64,000 nt of DNA from assembly GCA_903896545.1 (NCBI GenBank), contig CAITYF010000159.1, forward strand, positions 5,679 to 69,678, read 5' to 3'. This stretch comes from an uncultured Myxococcales bacterium. Its GTDB lineage: Bacteria > Myxococcota_A > UBA9042. This document shows positions 36,925-45,618 of the stretch, one piece after another. Below the pieces are notes generated by a model that was given only the letters and a program-made list of their open reading frames with translations, did not search any database and was not told the origin of the DNA. The first letter of the stretch is position 1. Every line of letters starts with the position of its first letter. A program made the translations under genes and the position numbers.

Positions 36925-38153
36925 GGCGTCGACTCCGGTGGCGGCAGCGGCTTCTCTTCGACGCCGTCGTCAAAGGAGGTGCCGGGCACCAAGTCTTCGG
37001 AGTTCATGCCGGATCGGGTCCAATCCCAGATGATGAGGCCCAAGCCCAGACCGACGGCGGCGCCACCGGAGTAGTAGCCGTAGTTCTGCAGCTTTTCACG
37101 CTGTAGAAACAACGGTGAGCCGGCGTACTCCTTGTCCGCGAAGGTCTTGGCGACGTAGCCACCGCCAATCGCCAGACCACCGAGAATAATCAGCGGCCAA
37201 CCCGTGAAGGACCGCCACGACGCCGGTGGACCGTGCGACGGCGTCAGGTTCAGCCGAACCGTCGTCAGCTTGTCCTCAGACAGCGTCACTTGCTGATCGG
37301 CCGTGTTGTAACCCACGCGCGTCAGCGTCACCTGGTGCGCGCCGGGTTGCATCGGCAACACGCCGTTATACGGCGTCACGGCCACGACTTTACCGTCGAC
37401 CGCGACCTGCGCGCCTTTGACGTTGCTCCAAATCGCGATGCCCGACCGGGTCTGCTTGATCTTCATGGCGATCGCCAGATTCAGCTTGCCAGACTGTGGC
37501 ACCTGCAGTTCCGCGCGGTGGTCGACGTGGTTGGTCAACTGCACCGTCATTTGGTACGTGCCGGGCTTCATGTGGGTCGTCACCGGCGTCGAACCGATCA
37601 GCGCCCCTTTCTCCGTGCCGCCTTCCGCCAGCAGCCCGTCCGTCGCGCCCAAGTACACCTGCGCGCCCGGAGGCACCGAGTTGATCGTCACTTCCGGCAG
37701 CGCCTCAAACGCGCGCTGCTTGAAGTCGCGCATGAGGTTCTTCACGTCCGCCGCATTCTGCGGATCCGCGCCAGCGTTCTGCGCCTTGTACGCGTCCAGG
37801 TACTTCTCCAGATACTTGATTGCGCCGTCGTACTCCGCCAGTTTCTCTTTGGCGCGCGCGATGTTGTACAGGTAAGCCGGCTTTGTCGTCAGCGCAAACG
37901 CCTTCTCAAAAAGCGGGATTGCGTCGGCGTAGCGTCCGGCGCGATAGGCGTCACGGCCTTCCTCCGCCACTTTTTCACCAGCGGCAATGGCGGCTTCATC
38001 GACGGCAGGCTTGGCGGCTTCTGCCGGTGTGGCTGCTTCGGTGGCTTGTGCGCGCGCGGTCGCAGCGCCCAGGAGCACCGCAAGGGTGGCACACAGCGGC
38101 GCGGCGCCTGAGAGCAGGCGAGCAAGCGTACGGTGAGGGTGGTGGATGTGCAT
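36921..38153 (-). CDS. TPR plus PEGA-domain protein
   Basis: Signal peptide, TPR (YRAGRYADAIPLFEKAF...LYNIARA), two PEGA repeats (SVPPGAQV...GSTP; SNVKGAQVAVDG), C-terminal hydrophobic hairpin. Confidence 0.85.
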   Translation of the reverse strand: MHIHHPHRTLARLLSGAAPLCATLAVLLGAATARAQATEAATPAEAAKPAVDEAAIAAGEKVAEEGRDAYRAGRYADAIPLFEKAFALTTKPAYLYNIARAKEKLAEYDGAIKYLEKYLDAYKAQNAGADPQNAADVKNLMRDFKQRAFEALPEVTINSVPPGAQVYLGATDGLLAEGGTEKGALIGSTPVTTHMKPGTYQMTVQLTNHVDHRAELQVPQSGKLNLAIAMKIKQTRSGIAIWSNVKGAQVAVDGKVVAVTPYNGVLPMQPGAHQVTLTRVGYNTADQQVTLSEDKLTTVRLNLTPSHGPPASWRSFTGWPLIILGGLAIGGGYVAKTFADKEYAGSPLFLQREKLQNYGYYSGGAAVGLGLGLIIWDWTRSGMNSEDLVPGTSFDDGVEEKPLPPPESTP

Positions 38154-38261
38154 CGACAAGTGACGTTCCTGGACTTGCAAAGCGAACTTGAAGCGGAATC
38201 CCAAGCGACCGGCTGACTGCGCTCACGATACCACGGAGGCCAGCCTGCTGCAAACGCAGGG

Positions 38262-38744
38262 CTATCGGCCTACGGTTGTGGCGACGATGATGAGCTTGTC
38301 GCCGAGCTGAAGCACGTCCAACGTCCGCCCGCCGGGAGCGACCGCGCGCACGGTCGCGTTCATTCCGGGCATCTCGACGCGATGGCGCACCCGCTGCGCT
38401 TTGTCGGGTGAAAGCCCTAGAAACTGAATGACAAGCTCACCGTTCGGGAGGCGCAGCGTGCCACGCGTACCAGTCGTGAGGTTCTGTGACTCTGTCTTGA
38501 TGAGCGTAAAACGCGCGTAATCACGGTGTAAAGACCGCAGTTCCCGTTCCAGATCCGCCAACTTCGGGTCCACGGAAGGCGTGCCCTTCGTCGCCTCGAT
38601 CACCCGCACTTGGAAGCTTGCGCGCTCGACCACCTGCGTGGGCACCTGCGGCGCTTGCGCGTGCGCCTCGGCGGTCACCGCCAAGAGGACGAGCGCTGGA
38701 ACCATCGCGCGCTTTGCCAGCGTCTGCCACATCTTGCCGATCAT
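38262..38744 (-). CDS. Hypothetical exported protein (anti-sigma-associated)
   Basis: Signal peptide (AEAHA); VDPKL motif; coupled to the anti-sigma gene. Confidence 0.7.
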   Translation of the reverse strand: MIGKMWQTLAKRAMVPALVLLAVTAEAHAQAPQVPTQVVERASFQVRVIEATKGTPSVDPKLADLERELRSLHRDYARFTLIKTESQNLTTGTRGTLRLPNGELVIQFLGLSPDKAQRVRHRVEMPGMNATVRAVAPGGRTLDVLQLGDKLIIVATTVGR

Positions 38745-39376
38745 CCTTCGCCTCCCGCGCCTTGGGCTGCGTTGTTGTCCTGAAAATGCCAGATGATGGT
38801 CGAGCCGCCTTGCTCATGCGGGGGATCCACCATCACGCCGCCGGACTCGATGTCCATTTCTTCAATGATGACGGACGGATCGTCGCTGTTGGCCTGCGTG
38901 TTTGTGCCGGGCACCGCGGCCATCTCCGCCTGTTTTTCGCCTTGCGGTTGCTCAACGACCGGACCTGCCTTGACCACCATGAACACGACTGCAGCCGCCG
39001 CCATACCCATCGCGAATCCGACCTTGCCGAGTCCCAGACTCTGAATCCACGCCACGAGGCCGCGACCTTCGGGCGTTGCGGTGACCGGATGCAGCGCCTC
39101 GTCGTCGGGCAGCTTGCGCATAATCTGACCCGGCAGCAGCGTCAGATCCGTCCGCGCCCACTTCGCTTGCCCCGGGGCGATTGCGTTCACCGCGATCTCG
39201 CGCAGCAGCTCACGCCCGACCTGGAGATCCTGCCAGATCGCCCGCGCCGCCGCTGATTCCGCCAGCAACGCCTGCGCGTCACCCAGTCGCGCCGCCGGGA
39301 GCTCGCCATCGGCGTGCAGCATCAGCAACTCAAAGTCCTCGTCCCGCAGCGTCATTTTTTCCAAAGTCTCGCTCAT
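38741..39376 (-). CDS. Transmembrane anti-sigma factor
   Basis: N-terminal LHADGEL anti-sigma-like domain lacking Zn-ligand Cys, single TM, STIIW end; directly downstream of an ECF sigma. Confidence 0.75.
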   Translation of the reverse strand: MSETLEKMTLRDEDFELLMLHADGELPAARLGDAQALLAESAAARAIWQDLQVGRELLREIAVNAIAPGQAKWARTDLTLLPGQIMRKLPDDEALHPVTATPEGRGLVAWIQSLGLGKVGFAMGMAAAAVVFMVVKAGPVVEQPQGEKQAEMAAVPGTNTQANSDDPSVIIEEMDIESGGVMVDPPHEQGGSTIIWHFQDNNAAQGAGGEG

Positions 39377-39388
39377 CTTGGACCTCAC

Positions 39389-39988
39389 TCAGTCGCGGTA
39401 GTCCGCCAGTTCCGCCTGCAGTTTCTTGCGGGCGTAGAACAGTCGACTCATCACAGTCCCCTTGGGAATGCCCATTTCGTCGGCGATCTCCTGATACGAA
39501 TACCCATGCACGTCGCAGAGCAGCACCGCTTGGCGCATGTTCTCCGGCAGCGTTTCCAGCGCCTTGTTCAAACGGTCAGACAGTTCGTGGCGCGCGTGCT
39601 CCTGCAGCGGTGACGCGCGACCGAACGTGCTGACGCTGGGCAGATCGCCCTCCGAGAGTTGGTCGGACGTCACGCGTTCGTCCAATTCCTCCGCGCGGCG
39701 CACTTTGCGACGGCGGATGCGATCGATGCAGCCGTTTGCGGCAATGCGGAACAGCCAGGCGCGAAAATTCGTGTCGGCCTGATACAGCTCGCGCCGGGTC
39801 CATGCTTTCAGGAACGTGTCCTGAACGATGTCCATGGCTTCCGCCTCATCCCGCAGGTGCGTCATGCACACGTTGAAGATTGGCCGCGTGTAAAGCTCGA
39901 CCAATTGCCTGAACGCGACGCGGTCACCTGCCATCGCCGCGCGAACGACCTGTTCAGGAACCACATGTTGCTCGCGTGGTTCTGTCAC
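39389..39988 (-). CDS. ECF RNA polymerase sigma factor (RpoE-like)
   Basis: GDRVAFRQLV, DIVQDTFLKAW, FRAWLFRIAAN, SYQEIADEMGIPKGTVMSRLFYAR. Confidence 0.95.
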   Translation of the reverse strand: MTEPREQHVVPEQVVRAAMAGDRVAFRQLVELYTRPIFNVCMTHLRDEAEAMDIVQDTFLKAWTRRELYQADTNFRAWLFRIAANGCIDRIRRRKVRRAEELDERVTSDQLSEGDLPSVSTFGRASPLQEHARHELSDRLNKALETLPENMRQAVLLCDVHGYSYQEIADEMGIPKGTVMSRLFYARKKLQAELADYRD

Positions 39989-40046
39989 GTGTGCACCGGC
40001 TCCCAGCAGATCAACGCGCGAGGCGCGGGATGATTCATAAGAATGT

Positions 40047-41300
40047 TCATACCAACTCGGCTAGAAGCAAAGCGGGCTGTTCCAAGTAGGTTTTGACCGA
40101 TTGCACGAACGCCGCGCCGACGTGGCCGTCGATCAAGCGGTGGTCAAAACTGCAGGACATGTACATGCGGTCGCGGATGACGATTTGGCCGTCGATTACC
40201 GCCGGGCGCTTCTCGCACTTGTGCAAGCCGAGGATCGCCGATTCCGGGTAGTTGATGATCGGCGTGGCGAACATGCCGCCCAATTTGCCGAGGCTGGTGA
40301 TCGTGAACGTGGAGCCTGACATCTCCTCACCCGGCAACGTGCTGGTCCGCGCGCCTTCACCGACGTGGCGGATCTCGTCGATCAGGTGGCGAATCGACTT
40401 CGTGTCCGCGTCGCGCACGACTGGAACCACGAGGCCGGCGTCGGTCGCTGCCGCAACGCCGATGTGGTAGCGCTTCTTGAGCACGATCTCCCCCGCAGCT
40501 TCATCGATCTGCGCGTTGAGGTAGGCGAATTCCGGCTTCTGCAGGGACAACACCACCGCTTTGACGACAAACGGCAGGAACGTCGACTTCAGGCCGTTCT
40601 GCGCCAGCGCGTTCTGGATCTCGATGATCGCCGTGAAGTCGACTTCATCGACGTAGGTGAAGTGCGCTGCGTGATCCTTGGATTCGCGCATCTTGGCGTA
40701 GATCTTGCGGCGCAAGCCTTTCAACTTGATGCGTTCTTCATCGGCACCACGCGCAATCGACGTGGCAGCAACCGCTTTGGCCGCCGCGGCAGCGGGCTTG
40801 GCGGCAGGCGCACCGGCGATGTGCTGGGCAAGCGCTTCGACGTCGGACTTGGTCACGCGCCCGTGTTCGCCCGATCCGGGCACGGCTTGCAGATCCACGC
40901 CGAGATCGCGCGCCAATTTGCGCGTCGCAGGCGCAGCACGTACGCGCTCACCGGGCTCGCGCGCCGGCACCGCAGCCACTGCGGCTGCCACGGCGACAGG
41001 CGCCGGGGCTGCGACAAGAGGCGCAACGGGCGCAGCCGTCGCCGACGCTGCTTTGGCGGCGCCACTTTCCTCAATCGTCACGACGATCGCGCCGACGGGC
41101 ACCATGTCGCCTTCCGCAAAATGCCGCTTCACGATCGTGCCTTTGCGCGGCGATGGAATCACCGCCGAGACCTTGTCGGTCAGCACTTCAAAAAGCGGCG
41201 TGTCTTCGGTCACGGCTTGACCGACGTCGACCAGCCACTTGGTCAACTCGCCTTCGACGACGCCTTCGCCGATGTCCGGCAACTTGAATTCGAACGCCAT
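40047..41300 (-). CDS. 2-oxoacid dehydrogenase E2 dihydrolipoamide acyltransferase (branched-chain/pyruvate type)
   Basis: Lipoyl domain EVLTDKV, E3-binding APATRKLAR, catalytic FDHRLIDG. Confidence 0.95.
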   Translation of the reverse strand: MAFEFKLPDIGEGVVEGELTKWLVDVGQAVTEDTPLFEVLTDKVSAVIPSPRKGTIVKRHFAEGDMVPVGAIVVTIEESGAAKAASATAAPVAPLVAAPAPVAVAAAVAAVPAREPGERVRAAPATRKLARDLGVDLQAVPGSGEHGRVTKSDVEALAQHIAGAPAAKPAAAAAKAVAATSIARGADEERIKLKGLRRKIYAKMRESKDHAAHFTYVDEVDFTAIIEIQNALAQNGLKSTFLPFVVKAVVLSLQKPEFAYLNAQIDEAAGEIVLKKRYHIGVAAATDAGLVVPVVRDADTKSIRHLIDEIRHVGEGARTSTLPGEEMSGSTFTITSLGKLGGMFATPIINYPESAILGLHKCEKRPAVIDGQIVIRDRMYMSCSFDHRLIDGHVGAAFVQSVKTYLEQPALLLAELV

Positions 41301-41310
41301 GGTCTCTCTC

Positions 41311-42330
41311 CTAGCGGTACGTTGCGGTCTTGCGTAGCGCGGTCAAAACGCGCTGCGGATCAGGCATATACAGGTGGTCCAGCGCGTAGGGGAACGGCGT
41401 GTCCCAACCCGTGACGCGCGCGATTGGCGCTTCCAGCCAATCAAAGCACTCTTCTTGCACCGCCGTGACGAGTTCCGCGGCAAAACCGCAGGTCCGCGGC
41501 GCCTCGTTGGCCACGACGACGCGGCCGGTGCGCTTGCCCGACTCTGCCAACAGCTCCAGATCATAAGGAACGATCGTGCGCAGGTCGATCAACTCGACGT
41601 CGATCCCCTCCGCCGCTGCCAGTTCCGCCGCCTTTTCGCACGTGTGGACCATCGCGCCGTAGGTGATGAGCGACACCGCCGTACCGTTTCCGCGCAACGG
41701 GCGCACGATGCTGCCTTTGCCGATGGGCACGCGGTACTCGTCCGTCGGCACTTCCCCCATCGGATGCGCGCTCCAGTTTGTGCCGTGATCGGGCCCGCGG
41801 TAGACGCGCTTGGGCTCAAAAACGATGACCGGGTCTTCGCTGTCGATGGCCGAAAGCAAGAGGCCTTTGGCGTCATATGGATTGGACGGCGCGACGCAGA
41901 CCAAGCCGGCGTGGTGGGCAAAAACCGATTCTGGTGACTGGCTGTGGTAGTGGCCGCCGCGAATGCCGCCGCCAAAAGGCGTGCGAATCACCATCGGGCA
42001 GGGGAACTCGCCGCCGGAGCGGTAGCGGTACTTCGCCAATTCATTGACGATCTGGTCGTACGCCGGGAAGATGAAGTCGCTGAACTGAATTTCCGCGACC
42101 GGCTTCAGGCCGTAGATCGCCATGCCGATCGCCGTACCGATGATTCCGCCCTCAGCCAGCGGTGTGTCGATGACGCGGTCGTCGCCAAATTCCGCTTGAA
42201 GGCCAACGGTCGCGCGAAAGACGCCGCCAAACTTGCCGACATCTTCGCCCAAGACCACGATCTTGGGGTCGCGGCGCATCGCCAAGGACAGGGCGTCGTT
42301 GACGGCCTGAATGATGTTCATCGTTGCCAT
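41311..42330 (-). CDS. 2-oxoacid dehydrogenase E1 beta subunit (branched-chain type)
   Basis: GEDVGKFGGVFR, DTPLAE, EIQFSDF, GGHYHSQSPE. Confidence 0.95.
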   Translation of the reverse strand: MATMNIIQAVNDALSLAMRRDPKIVVLGEDVGKFGGVFRATVGLQAEFGDDRVIDTPLAEGGIIGTAIGMAIYGLKPVAEIQFSDFIFPAYDQIVNELAKYRYRSGGEFPCPMVIRTPFGGGIRGGHYHSQSPESVFAHHAGLVCVAPSNPYDAKGLLLSAIDSEDPVIVFEPKRVYRGPDHGTNWSAHPMGEVPTDEYRVPIGKGSIVRPLRGNGTAVSLITYGAMVHTCEKAAELAAAEGIDVELIDLRTIVPYDLELLAESGKRTGRVVVANEAPRTCGFAAELVTAVQEECFDWLEAPIARVTGWDTPFPYALDHLYMPDPQRVLTALRKTATYR

Positions 42331-42582
42331 GCTACGTCCACAGGCGCGCCCGAACGGCGGCGGCAAGAAGGTAACACGGCGGCGCTCCGAGTGTCACCAG
42401 TCCGGATGCGGACTCGCGTCGCGCCGGGGTCATCGTCAAAACGTCACAATCCTGCCGCACAACACCCACACGTGAAAGTCATTCTGCCGCGCGCTGGACG
42501 GCCCAGCTTGTCATCCGACCCTCCCCGCGCTACACCGCTGACGCGTCTTGGCCTTGCCCCAATGACCCAACGGAGACCTCGG

Positions 42583-43494
42583 ATGACGGATACGCCTCGT
42601 TACTTTGACCCTTGGACCAAGCACACGCACCTGACGTTCACGGTCAAGCAGGTCTACGAGTCGTTTGCCACGCCGTATCAAACGATTGACGTGTTTGAAG
42701 CCGAGGATTTTGGCACGGTGCTCGCCCTCGGCGGCGTGACCAACGTGACGGATCGCGACGAGTCGGGCTACCACGAGATGCTCGCGCACGTGCCGCTGCT
42801 GGCGCATCCGAATCCCAAGCGCGTGCTGATTATCGGCGGCGGCGACGGCGGAACGCTGCGTGAAGTGCTGCGTCATCCGGAAGTCGAGCGCGCAGTGCTG
42901 GTGGACATTGACGGCGAAGTGATCCGCGTGGCGCGTCAGTATTTTCCGCATCTGGCGGTCGCGCTGGACGATCCGCGCGCCGAGGTCATCGTGGGTGACG
43001 GCCTTGCCTACGTGGAAGTTGCGGCGGCGCAGGGCGCCCACTTCGACGTGATTCTTGTCGATTCGACCGATCCGGTGGACGCCGCGGTCGAGCTCTTCAC
43101 CGAGACGTTCTACCGGCACTGCGCCGCGCTTCTGGGCGAACACGGGATTCTCGTGCCGCAGAGCGACTCACCGACGTTCTACCTGAGCCGCGTGACCGAT
43201 GTGTACCGCAAGCTGTCCGATATTTTCCGCAACACGTCGCTGTACTTGGGCCAAGTGACGGCCTATCCCGGCGGCGTGTGGGCCTATACGGCGGCGAGCC
43301 AGACCATCGACGTGAAGCTGAACGTTCAGCGCAACGACCGCGTGGCGCGACTGGAACCTCAGCTGCGTTACGCCAACGGTGCCTTTATCCAAGCCGCATT
43401 CGCGTTGCCGACCTACGTGCAGCGCGCTTTGGACGGTGAGACCGGTCTGAATTTGCCCTCCCTGGGCGATGATCCGACCGAATTTGGTGTGTGA
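42583..43494 (+). CDS. speE: Spermidine synthase / polyamine aminopropyltransferase
   Basis: YQTI, YHEMLAH, VLIIGGGDGG, DVILVDSTDP, YPGGVW. Confidence 0.93.
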   Translation: MTDTPRYFDPWTKHTHLTFTVKQVYESFATPYQTIDVFEAEDFGTVLALGGVTNVTDRDESGYHEMLAHVPLLAHPNPKRVLIIGGGDGGTLREVLRHPEVERAVLVDIDGEVIRVARQYFPHLAVALDDPRAEVIVGDGLAYVEVAAAQGAHFDVILVDSTDPVDAAVELFTETFYRHCAALLGEHGILVPQSDSPTFYLSRVTDVYRKLSDIFRNTSLYLGQVTAYPGGVWAYTAASQTIDVKLNVQRNDRVARLEPQLRYANGAFIQAAFALPTYVQRALDGETGLNLPSLGDDPTEFGV

Positions 43495-43524
43495 CCGGCC
43501 AAGCGCCGGCGACGGAGAGAATCC

Positions 43525-44244
43525 ATGTCTGCGCGCATCCTGATCATCGAAGATGAAGCCGATCTGGCCCGCACAGTCGCGTGGGCCTTGGGTCGCGAAG
43601 GGTTTGTCGTTGGCCAAGCGTTGACCGGCAAACAGGGGCTGGAACGTTTGGAAGACGAGCCGCCGTACGACCTCGTCCTGCTGGACTTGATGCTTCCGGA
43701 TCTGTCTGGCACGGAGGTTTGCCGGCAAATTCGCATGAACCCACGGACCCGCGACACGCTGGTCTTGATGCTGACTGCGCGCGGCGAAGAGATTGACCGC
43801 GTCGTTGGCTTTGAGGTCGGTGCGGACGACTATGTGGTCAAGCCGTTTTCCACGCGCGAGCTGGCGCTGCGGATTCGCGCGCTGTTGCGACGTACGCAGG
43901 CGGCTCCGGCGGAAGGTGGCATTCTGATTGGTGGTCCGGTGCGTCTGGACGTGGACGGGCATCGCTGCTGGGTGGGCGCCGAAGCGATCGCGCTCACCGC
44001 GATGGAAGTGAAGCTTCTGGCGCGACTGATGGCGCGTCGCGGTCGCGTGCAAACCCGTGCGATGCTGCTCGACGGCGTCTGGGGGCGTGAGTCGGACGTG
44101 AACGAGCGGACGGTGGACGCGCACGTCAAACGGCTCCGAGAAAAATTGGGCGCGGGTCAGGCGCATCTGGAAACCGTTCGCGGCGTCGGCTATCGTTTCA
44201 GCGATGAGCCCGTCGAGCCCGACGAGGGTGAAGGCATTCCGTGA
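43525..44244 (+). CDS. phoB: OmpR/PhoB-family response regulator (PhoB-like)
   Basis: IEDE, LLDLMLP, LTARGEEIDRVVGFEVGADDYVVKPF, RTVDAHVKRLREKL, ETVRGVGY. Confidence 0.8.
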   Translation: MSARILIIEDEADLARTVAWALGREGFVVGQALTGKQGLERLEDEPPYDLVLLDLMLPDLSGTEVCRQIRMNPRTRDTLVLMLTARGEEIDRVVGFEVGADDYVVKPFSTRELALRIRALLRRTQAAPAEGGILIGGPVRLDVDGHRCWVGAEAIALTAMEVKLLARLMARRGRVQTRAMLLDGVWGRESDVNERTVDAHVKRLREKLGAGQAHLETVRGVGYRFSDEPVEPDEGEGIP

Positions 44245-45602
44245 CCTTGGAGTCCCGCGGTCGGATGTTCCTCTTGACGTCGTTGGCGATGGCCATCGGC
44301 TCTACGCTGGCTGCCGCGACCTCCGTCGGGCTGGACCCGGCGATCGCCGCGCTCATTGGCGCGGGGTTGGCGCTGTTCCTTGGCATTGCCGGCGCGCGCC
44401 TGGTCACCTTGCAGGCGCACCGGCTGACGGAAGTCGCGCAGGCGATGGCGTCGGATCACCCTGAACGTCGCGCGAGCGTCGCGGCTTCAGGCGAGTTTCA
44501 AGAGTTGGGCGACGCGCTCAACCGCATCGCGGACAAACTGCAACTGACGACGACGGAGCTACGCAGCGAGCGCGGCCGTTTTGGCGTCGTGCTGGAAGGC
44601 ATGGTGGAAGGCGTCATCGGTCTCACGGCGGACGGGCGTGTCGCGCTCTGCAACCGTTCTGCGACTGCCATGTTGGGCGAGGAGCAGCCGCCGCTGGAGA
44701 AGCGTCTCTTGGACTTGGTGCGGCAACCGCTGCTCAAGGACCTGCTGGAGCGCGCGCGTGCGGCGCCGCGGCTGCGTGCCGATGAAGTGCGCGACAGCGA
44801 CGTCCCGCAAGTGGAGCTGACGATGCCGTCCGGCGCGAAGCTGCTCTGGTCGGCTTGGCCGCTCGATCGCGCCGGCATTGGCGTACTGCTCGCGATGCGC
44901 GACGTGACGGCGCTGCGACGCTTGGAAACCGTGCGGCGCGATTTTATCTCCAATGTTTCTCACGAACTGCGGACGCCCGTCGCGATTGTGTACGCGTCGG
45001 CCGAGGCGCTTTGCGACGGCGGTCTGGAAGAGCCGGCCATCGCCCGCGATTTTTCCCAGACCATTTTGCGACACGCCGAACGAATGTCACGCATCATCGC
45101 GGACTTGCTCGACCTTTCGCGCATTGAAGCGGGGGCTTATGACTTGAGTCCGAGCGGCGTGCAGGTCACCGAGCGCATCCGCCACGCGATTCGGCTGATC
45201 GAGCCGAGTACGACCGCGCGTCACCAAACGGTCGAGACCGAAATTGAGGACGGCCTCGTGGTCCGAGGCAACGCGCAGGCGCTGGATCAAGTGCTCGTGA
45301 ACCTGATGGAGAATGCGAGCAAGTACACGCCAGAAGGGTCCCGCATCGCGGTTGGCTGCAAGCGCGACGGCGCGCGGGTGGAGCTGTGGGTCGCGGACAA
45401 CGGTCCCGGCATTCCGGCGCACCATCGGGAGCGGATCTTTGAACGATTTTACCGCATTGACGCGGGGCGGTCGCGCGACCTGGGCGGAACGGGACTGGGA
45501 CTGGCCATCGTCAGGCACTTGAGCGAAGCCATGGGCGGCACCGTGACGTGCGAGGCAAACGACCCGCAAGGCGCGCGTTTTCGTGTGCGGCTGCAGGCAT
45601 GA
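44241..45602 (+). CDS. phoR: HAMP-PAS sensor histidine kinase (PhoR-like)
   Basis: RRLETVRRDFISNVSHELRTP, NASKY, RIFERFYRIDAGRSRDLGGTGLGLAIV. Confidence 0.82.
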   Translation: MTLESRGRMFLLTSLAMAIGSTLAAATSVGLDPAIAALIGAGLALFLGIAGARLVTLQAHRLTEVAQAMASDHPERRASVAASGEFQELGDALNRIADKLQLTTTELRSERGRFGVVLEGMVEGVIGLTADGRVALCNRSATAMLGEEQPPLEKRLLDLVRQPLLKDLLERARAAPRLRADEVRDSDVPQVELTMPSGAKLLWSAWPLDRAGIGVLLAMRDVTALRRLETVRRDFISNVSHELRTPVAIVYASAEALCDGGLEEPAIARDFSQTILRHAERMSRIIADLLDLSRIEAGAYDLSPSGVQVTERIRHAIRLIEPSTTARHQTVETEIEDGLVVRGNAQALDQVLVNLMENASKYTPEGSRIAVGCKRDGARVELWVADNGPGIPAHHRERIFERFYRIDAGRSRDLGGTGLGLAIVRHLSEAMGGTVTCEANDPQGARFRVRLQA

Positions 45603-45618
45603 GTCCGCGGCCCCGTCG

